A DNA stretch of 64,000 bases, from the NCBI GenBank assembly GCA_049510745.1, contig JBEKYR010000008.1, forward strand, positions 192,001 through 256,000. Direction: 5' to 3'. Positions 52,301 to 61,300 of the stretch are shown here, piece by piece. The notes under the pieces were generated by a model, which did not search any database, was not told where the DNA came from, and worked only from the letters and a program-made list of their open reading frames with translations. The position numbers were made by a program, and so were the translations under genes. The stretch's first letter is position 1. The number at the start of each line of letters is the position of its first letter. The stretch comes from Verrucomicrobiota bacterium (GTDB lineage Bacteria; Verrucomicrobiota; Verrucomicrobiia; Limisphaerales; Palsa-1400).

Positions 52301-55300
52301 TGGGCGCCGGACAGGCGGCGCTGGCGAACTTCACCGCCCTTCTTGCGACCAATTACGTCTCCGGCTCTGTCAAGGACAACAACGGCAGTCCGATCGCCGG
52401 TGTCGGGGTCTGGGCCGGCACAACCATCAACGGGTTGAACTACAACGCGCAGACCGTGGACACAGACACCAATGGCAATTATTCGGTGATGGTGGGCAAT
52501 GGCACTTGGACGATTGGCATCAACTTCGGCCAATGCGGTGACTGCCTTCCCGGCGAGTATCTCTGCCCCCCGACTCAATCGGTTGTGATTTCCAACAACA
52601 ATGGCACGGCCAATTTCACCGCCCTTCTCGCCACCAATGAAATCACCGGCTCGGTCACGGATAGCAGCGGCCATCCCATCGGCGGCGTTCGGCTCTTTGC
52701 CAATGGCACTGTTGGCGGCGTGTCTTACCAAAGCCGCCAGGACACCGAGGGCAACGGCAGTTGCAGCCTGAACGTGGCCAACGGCACTTGGTCTGTCGGC
52801 CTCTATTGCAGCGGCTCCGACAGCGACACTTTGGACAACATTCTCGGCCCCGGCAATTACATCTGTCCGGCCAGCCAGAATGTGACCATTACCAACAACA
52901 ATGGCACGGCGAGTTTTATCGTGCAACTTTGCGGCGTCACCATCACGACCACTTCACTGCCCGCCGGCCAGATCAATGTCTATTACGATCAGTTCCTCCA
53001 GGGTTCGAGTTGCAGCGGCACGCTCAGTTGGTCGCTCCTTTCCGGTTCCCCGCCGCCGGGTTTGACCTGGAACCCTTCATCCGCCGAAATCAATGGCACA
53101 CCCACCACGGCCGGCACATACGATTTCACCGTCCAGGTCACTGACGGCCTCGGCCACTGGACGAATCAGAATTTCTCGCTTTACATCGCTTCGTCTCCTT
53201 CGCCGCTGCAAGTGACGACCGCCTCCCTGCCCAACGCCACCCAGGGGGTCTTTTACAATCAACAACTCCAGGCGTCTGGCGGACAACCGCCCTATGCGTG
53301 GTCCCTTACCCCGGGGTCGGGCAGCCTGCCGACGGGATTATCGCTGGCAACCAACGGCGTCATTTCCGGCGCCCCGGCCCTCCATGGAACTTTCTACTTT
53401 TACGTGCGGGTCGCCGATGCGGCGAGTGCGACGGCGGACCGGGTCTTGAGTCTTGCATTGCAGCCCGCCGCCACCATCACCAACGGTGTCACACTCAGCA
53501 CTTGGTACCAGTTTACCGGCGGCAACGATGGCGGGAGTCCCAAGGCCGGACTGGTGCAGGGCAACGATGGCGCTTTTTATGGCACGGCATACAGCGGCGG
53601 CACGATGGGCGATGGCACGGTCTTCCGCATAGCCACCAACGGCGTGCCCATTGCCTCGGTATCGTTCGATTATGCCAACGGCGGCGGTCCCGAAGACGGG
53701 TTGGTGGAAGGCCGGGACGGCAGTTTTTACGGCACGACATCCTATGGCGGGGCGAACGGCTGGGGCGCGCTGTTCAACGCCACCACCAACGGCGCGCTCA
53801 CCGCTCTCCACTCGTTCAGCTTCGGTGACGGCGGCAACAATCCGTGTGCCGGGTTGGTGCAGGGCGGCGATGGGAATCTCTATGGCACGACACCCTATTG
53901 GGGCACGATCTACTTCACCACGAACTACAATGGCACGGTATTCAGGATAAGCACCAACGGAGCGTTCCAATCCCTCTACTCATTCACCGGCGGCAACGAT
54001 GGGGCCAATCCCACCGCCCAACTGGCACAGGGCAACGATGGCAGTCTCTACGGGACGACACACGATGGCGGCTCGAACGGCAGCGGCACGGTATTCAAGA
54101 TAAGCACCAACGGGGCGTTCCAATCCCTCTACTCATTTACCGGCGGCAACGATGGGGGCCATCCTTTGGCCGGGCTGGCGCTGGGGAGCAATGGAATTTT
54201 TTATGGCACAACCACGGGAGGAGGCGCGGGCGGTTGCGGCACTGTGTTTGGCATAACCACCAACGGCGCGTTCAATGCGTTGTACTCGTTCACCGGCGGC
54301 AACGATGGCAATTCTCCGTATGCCGGCTTGGCGCAGGGCAGTGATGGCAATTTGTATGGAACCACACTCTATGGAGGCGCGGTTGGCTCCGGCACCGTGT
54401 TTGGCATGACCACCAATGGCGTCCTTGCCACCCTCTACTCCTTCTCCGGGTCTGGCGACGGCTCCCAGCCCCTCGGAAGCCTTCTGCAAGGAAGCGATGG
54501 CTGTTTTTATGGCACGACGAGCAGAGGCGGCGCCCAGGACGATGGAACTGTTTTCCGCTTGAGCCTCACTTCCGCGCCGTCGCCCGACTTGGCGCCCCTC
54601 TCGGTGGCGGCGCCGGCCAGCGTGATCACCCCGCAGCCCAACGCGGCGGTCCAGGTGGCTTGGAGTGTGACCAACCAGGGAGCCGGGCAGGCGCCGGGCG
54701 GTTGGTGTGACCGGGTCTGGTTCTCCACCAACGGAGTGCTGGACGGAAATTCGGCGGCGCTGGGCGACTTTTTCAACAGTCAAACATTGCCTCCCGGCGG
54801 CAGCTACCGGCAGACCAACACCGTGACCCTCCCTCTGCCCGCGATTGCCGGCGGCAGTTACACCCTGTTCGTGCAGGCGGATGTCTATGGCCAGATTTAC
54901 GAATTCAACAAATCGAACAACATTTCGGCGGGCGCGCACGGCCTCTTCACCCTTGCCCCTCCCGACCTGGCTGTTTTGGCGGTAAATCCGGCGACCAACA
55001 ACGTGGTGTTTTATCCGGCCAGCCCGCAGTCGCCCACCGTTCAGTTGACTTGGGCGGTGACCAACCAGGGCGCGGGGCCGGCTGCGGGCAATTGGTATGA
55101 CAGGGTTTGCGTCTCGACCAGCGTCTCCATTGCCGACGGGGTCAGTTCACAGTACTTCTGGCAGGACTGGACCTCGCCTCCGTTCGCGGTGGGAGAAGAG
55201 TATCAAGTAACCAACACGATCTGGCTGCCGCAACAGAGCGGGACGTATTACCTCATCGTCAGCGTCGATGACGGCAATTACATTTATGAGGCCGACAAGA

Positions 55301-58300
55301 CCAACAACGTGCTGGCGTCGGCCCCGTTGACAGTCAACTACCAGGTGCGCCCGCCGGATTTGGCCGTCGTGTCGGCGTCAGCGCCGGCCACGGTGGCTTC
55401 CACCCAGCCCTATCCGGGTGTCCAGGTGACTTGGAGCGTCACCAACCAAGGGACGGGCGTTGCGTCGGGCGGCTGGTATGATCGCGTGTGGTTTTCCACC
55501 AACGGAGTGTTGGATGGAAATTCAAGGGACATCGGCGACTTCTACCAAAGCCAAAACCTGGCGGCAGGCGGCAATTATCAGCAAACCAACGCGGTGATAT
55601 TGCCGGTGACAAACAGCCTCAGCTACACACTGTTCGTGCAGGTCGATGTGTACGACCAGGTCTATGAGCCGAACAAGTTGAACAACCTCTCGGCCGGCGT
55701 GCCCGAAGCCTTTACTCTCACGCCGCTCTGGACGATTTTCGCCACGAACAATCCCCCGGCCGACGGCTACATCAGCGGGACCGGCTCCTACCTCACCGGC
55801 GCCACCAACGTTCTCACCGCCCATCCCAACTTCGGCTATCTCTTCGTCAACTGGACGGAAGGCGCAAACGTCGCCGGCACAAATCTCTCCCTGACGAACG
55901 TGGTGTTCACGAATCATGTGTTCGCCGCCAATTATGCTGATGCCACTCCCACCCATGTCGTGACCACCGCAACGTCACCCGCGGGCTTGGCGGCGGTGGC
56001 CGGCGCGGGCACTTACAGCAACGGCCAGACCGCGCACTTCAGCGCGCCTCTGGCCATCACCAATCCGCCCAGCCTCTACACCTTCGAGCAATACACGGAA
56101 GGCAACAACCCGGTCAGCTCGGCCGCCGCCTTCAGCAAGACCTTCTCGACGTTTGACCCGGCCTCGGGACAGTACGTGGCGGTTTACAGCGCCAGTCCGC
56201 TTCTCCCCATCGTGGTCAATGTCAGCCTGAACCTCGCCAATCCCGTGCCCGCGACCACCAACTTCATCGTCACCGTTCAATTCGACCGCTCCATGCGGAC
56301 GAACCCTTCCCCGATAATCGTGTTGACAAATAGCGCCGCGACTCTCCAGCCCGCCGTTTCCGGCAACGGGTCGTGGTCCGCCACGGCGTTGAGCAACGAC
56401 ACCTACTCCACGCCGCCTGTCACCTTTATTTCCGGCATGGACGGCACCAACCAGATAATTGTGTCCGGGGCGCAGGACCTGGCGGGCAATGTCATGGCGC
56501 TCACCAACGCCGGCAGCGCCATCGTGGACGCCACGCCGCCGCCCGTCCCGGTCCTGGCCGTGACGGCTTCCAACAGTTCGTCGGTAACCGTCGCCTGGGC
56601 GGCCTATGCTGCGCCGCCGGACTTGAGCTATTTCCGGGTATTCTTCCAACCCACCAACTTCACTTCCGTGGCGGGATTGCCGATTTTGACGAGTCTGGGT
56701 TCCGGCGCCCGCAGTTTCCAATTCGGCGGCCTGGCCTTGGACACAAGGTATTACGCCGCCGTCCAAGCCGTGGATTACGCGGGCAACGCCAGCGGCCTCA
56801 GCGTGCTGCCCGTCATTCTGCCCGAAACCGTCCCCCCGCCCGTCAGTGTCCAAGCCGCTCCCGTGGGCGCGGATTCCGTGCTGCTCTCCTGGAATTCCTA
56901 CAATACGGCCGCCTTGCTGGGTTTCGCCGGCTTCACGCTCTATGAAGCGCCGGGCAATTTTACGTCCGTGCCCGGCTCGCTCGTCGGGGTGCCGCTCGGC
57001 CCGTCGGTCCAGTCATACCAAGTCAGCGGACTTGACCGCGCCAAAACCTATTACTTCGCCGTCGTGGGCTTCAATCTCACGAATGGATTCAACCCGAATG
57101 TCACCACCGCCGTCTGGTCCGATCCTTACGCCGGAAACATCGGCATCGACACCACCATCGGCGGCGCGGGCCAAAGCCAGGTGCCTGTTTATCACAGCAT
57201 TGTCGTCGTCAGCAACGCCACCTTGACCCTTGAGCCTGGAACGACGCTGCTCTTTGCTCCCGGCGCGAGCCTGACCGTGCAGCAGGGCAGCCTCGCGGCC
57301 AACGGCACGGCGTTGGCTCCGATCATCCTGGATTCCGCCAACGACACCCCCGGCCACATTCCCGCCCCCGGCGACTGGGGCGGAGTCATACTTGGCAGCG
57401 GCGCCGGCTCCTCCAGCTTGAATTTCGTGGAAGTGCTTTACGGCGGCGGCCTGACCGTGAGCGGATGCTCCCCGGCTGTCTCTGCTTTTACCGCCAACAA
57501 CAATATCCCCTGCGGCCTGGCCCTGCAAAATGGCGCGGCCCTCACCACCAGCGATGCGCTGTTGACGGCCAATGGCATCGGCATACAGCAATCCGACACC
57601 TCCGCGCTGACGATTCAAAACTCCGTCATCCAAAACAACGGCACCAACGCCGTCGCCTCCGGCAGTTCTCCGCTCAACGCGGCCTCGGACTGGTGGGGCA
57701 CGGCACAGGCGGGAACTCTGGCCGCCCAGTTGCAGGGCAATATCGTTTACACTCCTTTTCTCACCTACGAACCGGTCCTGACGCCCGCGATTGGAACTTC
57801 CAACGGCCTGACGCAGGTCGGCAGCGGCCTGGTCAATCTGCAACTTGCCTGCCGCACGGCCGAGGGCATGCGGCTGAGCGAGGACTACACGTTCACCGGA
57901 GTCTTCTTCACGCCGTTCACCAACAACACGACCTTCCCGCTCTCCGCCGGCGGCGGCTTGAAACGCGTCTATGCGCAATTCCGCAGCGTCACCGGCCAGA
58001 CCAACGCGCCGCTCGAAGTGGACGTGAATTACATCACGGCCGGCCCGGTCATCCAGTCGTTCAGCCTCGCCCAGGGACAGACCTTGAACCGTCCGCTCAC
58101 TGTCACCGGCTCGGCCACGGCGGTTTTGGGGATGCAGGACATGGAGTTTTACGTGGACGGTGTTTTGGCGGGGACCAACGCCGGCGGAAATTTGTCGCAG
58201 TTCTTTGACATCCGCGCGCTGCCCAACGCCATTCACGAGGTCAAATTGCTCGCCCGCGACCAGAGCGGCAACATCGCCACCCTCCAGAACACGGTGATCA

Positions 58301-61300
58301 TCGCCCTCACGCCGCCGCCGGCCCCGGTCATCACGTCCCCCGCCGCCGGCCTCATCGTCAAGACGAATCTTCTCTCCGTCAGCGGCTCGGCCGAGGCGGG
58401 CATGAACATTCAGTTGACACGCAACGGCCAGATTGTCGGCGCCACCGTCGCGGATGGCACGGGCTTGTTCACCGTCTCCAATGCCACGCTGGTGGAAGGC
58501 CTCAACACCCTGGTGGCGGTCGCCTTTGACAGCACCGGCACGACCCCTTCGGCGGCCAGGAATGTTATCGTCGAAACCATCCCGCCGGCGGCCTTGGTGA
58601 TGAACACGCCCGTTTATGCTCCCGGAACCGGCCTGAATGTGTCCTGGAATTTTCCGCCCACCGGCAAACTGGCCGTCACCTTCCAGTTGTTCTGGAGTCA
58701 GGCGCCGTTTGGAGAGACCAACGAGGCGACCGGGCACAGCATCGTTCTTACGGGCATGGCGGATACCCTCCAAGGCCTCTCCGATGGGCTTTATTATTTT
58801 GGGGTGGTCGGTTACGATGTCACGGGCGCGGCCAGCCCGCTCTCGGCCTTGGTCTCGACGGTGTATGACGCCACTCCGCCGGCGTTGACCGTTTCTTACA
58901 GCCGCGCGCCGCCCTTGGGGGTCGGGCCGGTCGCCATTTCCCTGACCTCCAGCGAGGCGCTGGCGGGGACGCCCTCTTTGACCCTGCAGCCGTGCGGAAG
59001 CGTCTCGCCGGTTTTGCTGAGTCTGACCAACGTGGCTGTCAATACCTGGCAAACAGCGTTCACCGTGACATCCTCAACACCCTCCGGGCCGGTCGCGGTG
59101 ACGGCGTCCGCGCAGGACTTGGCCGGCAATGTTTTCAACGGCGTTCCCAATGGCCCGGCGCTGGCCATTGACACCGTTGCGCCCGCCGCCAGCATCACCA
59201 CGGTCCCGCCGCCGCCGGTGCAGACCACCAACAATGTCAACGTGGCGGTGAGCCTGGCGCTGACCAAACCAGCCGGGCCGGGAACAATGCCCACCCTGAG
59301 CTTCACAACGCCGACTGGCACGAACATCGTCCTGACGCTGTCCGGCGGCGGCAGCAATTGGAGCGGAACGCTGCCGTTGACGCCGGCGGCAGGCGCCGGT
59401 TTTGGCCAGTTTTCCTTCAGCGCCCAGGACGCCGTGGGCAACGTGGGCAGCAATCTCCTCGCGGGAGGCCAACTTGAGCTTTACAACACCGCTTTGCCGT
59501 CGGCTCCGGCCGCGCCTTCGGGCCTGAGCGCGACCAGCCTGGCGGGCGGCTATGTCTGGCTGGCTTGGAACGCGGTCAGCAACGCGCAGATTTACCGCGT
59601 TTACCGCGAACCCGGGACGAATTTGGTTCCGCCCGCCGTGCTGGATCTTGACCACATCACCAGCAATGGCGTGGCCGATCTGCCGCCCTCGGATGGTTCT
59701 TACCGTTACGGCGTCACCGCCAGCCGTCTTGGCTCGGAAAGCGGGATTTCCAACGTGGTGGTGGCGGTTTCCGTTCGCACGCCGCCTTTGGCGCCGACCA
59801 ACGTGACAGCCAATCTGGCCGCCAGCGGGGTGCAAATTTCCTGGCAGGAGCCTGCGGGCGGGACCACCCCGGACCATTACAACGTCTATCGCAATGGAAC
59901 TTTGATCCAAACCGTCTCCAGCGTTTCTCCGGTGGTGGATTATCCGCCGCTGGGAACCAACAGCTATGTCGTGGCGGCCGTTGATGCCGTGGGCAACCAG
60001 AATCCGAGCGCTCCCGCCGTGCTGTTCCTGCCCGTCGCTCCGGTCAGCAACCTTGCGGCGTTGTCAATTGCCGGACAGGCCCCGGTTCTGACGTGGAACA
60101 CCGGCGGCGGCAGTGTTGGCTGCAATGTTTATCGCAACGGCATCCGGCAGAACGCCGCCCTGATCACCGGGACCAATTACACGGACAATCTGCCGTTGTC
60201 GGATGTGGTGCGGTACGCCGTCACCGCCGTGAACGGCTCCGCGCAGGAAAGTCCGCCGAGAATGGTCACGGTTTATCCGGTCCGTCTGAGTCTCCTGGTG
60301 AACTCGTTGGGACGCGGCGCGGACAACCCGCTGTTGACCGGTTATTTCGACCAGTTCCAGGTGGGAGTTTCCAATCTGGGCAGCAGCAACAGTCTCCCGC
60401 TCCAGCAGGTGCAATTGCTGCGGACGATCACCGGCCTTGAACCGTTGGTGGTCACCCTGGGCGCGCCCACCAACGTGAGCGCGGGGACGCAACTCCAGGA
60501 GCTGATCACCGTTCCAGAATCATCCGTCGTCGCCGCGCAAAGCGTGCAGGTGACCGTGTTCCAACAGACTGACAGCGCGGGCAGCACCGTGGTCTATGAG
60601 AATACGTTTAACCTGACCGACAGCCGGTTGCCGGGCACGGAAATCGCCCTGTCGGTCAATCAACTGCCGCTGGTTGGCGGAGTGACCCCATTCCAGCTTC
60701 AAATTTTCAATCGGGGTTATGCCGACATGGAAGTGATCGTGTCGCGCGCCTTCGGGGCGCAGCCGGGCGATGTTTTCGTCTCCGTCCAAAACAGCTTTGG
60801 CCAGGAAGTCAGCCGCACCGCGTTGTCGGGCCTGGTGTCCGGCGCAACCTACCTTATGGACGGCACGGCGTATGTGACCATCCCGCCGGGCGCATCACAT
60901 ATCCTGACCATCACCAATGTGCTTGTGCCGGCGGCGCTGGGTGGGGCGACCAACGTCACGTTCCTGGGCGTGGCCAGCGAGATTTACAATCAGTTGGAAA
61001 CGACCAACCAACAGGTGTCCGGGCCGTTGAGCGGGAGCATGGTTTCGCCGAGCTTGGCGCAGACGCCTTATTACGGGACGGCCCAGACGGACAAAGCGGA
61101 CTACTCGAATAACGATCCCATCCTTATCAGCGGGCAGGCGCTGGATCGCACTTCGGGTTTGCCCGTGCCGAATGTGCCCCTGAATATCGGATTCGCCGCC
61201 CGCGGTTTCCACTGGTATCAAAGCGTGACGACGGACAGCGACGGGAATTACCAGCTTACATACAATCCATTGGCCGGCTTCGCCGGCACGCTGACCATCT

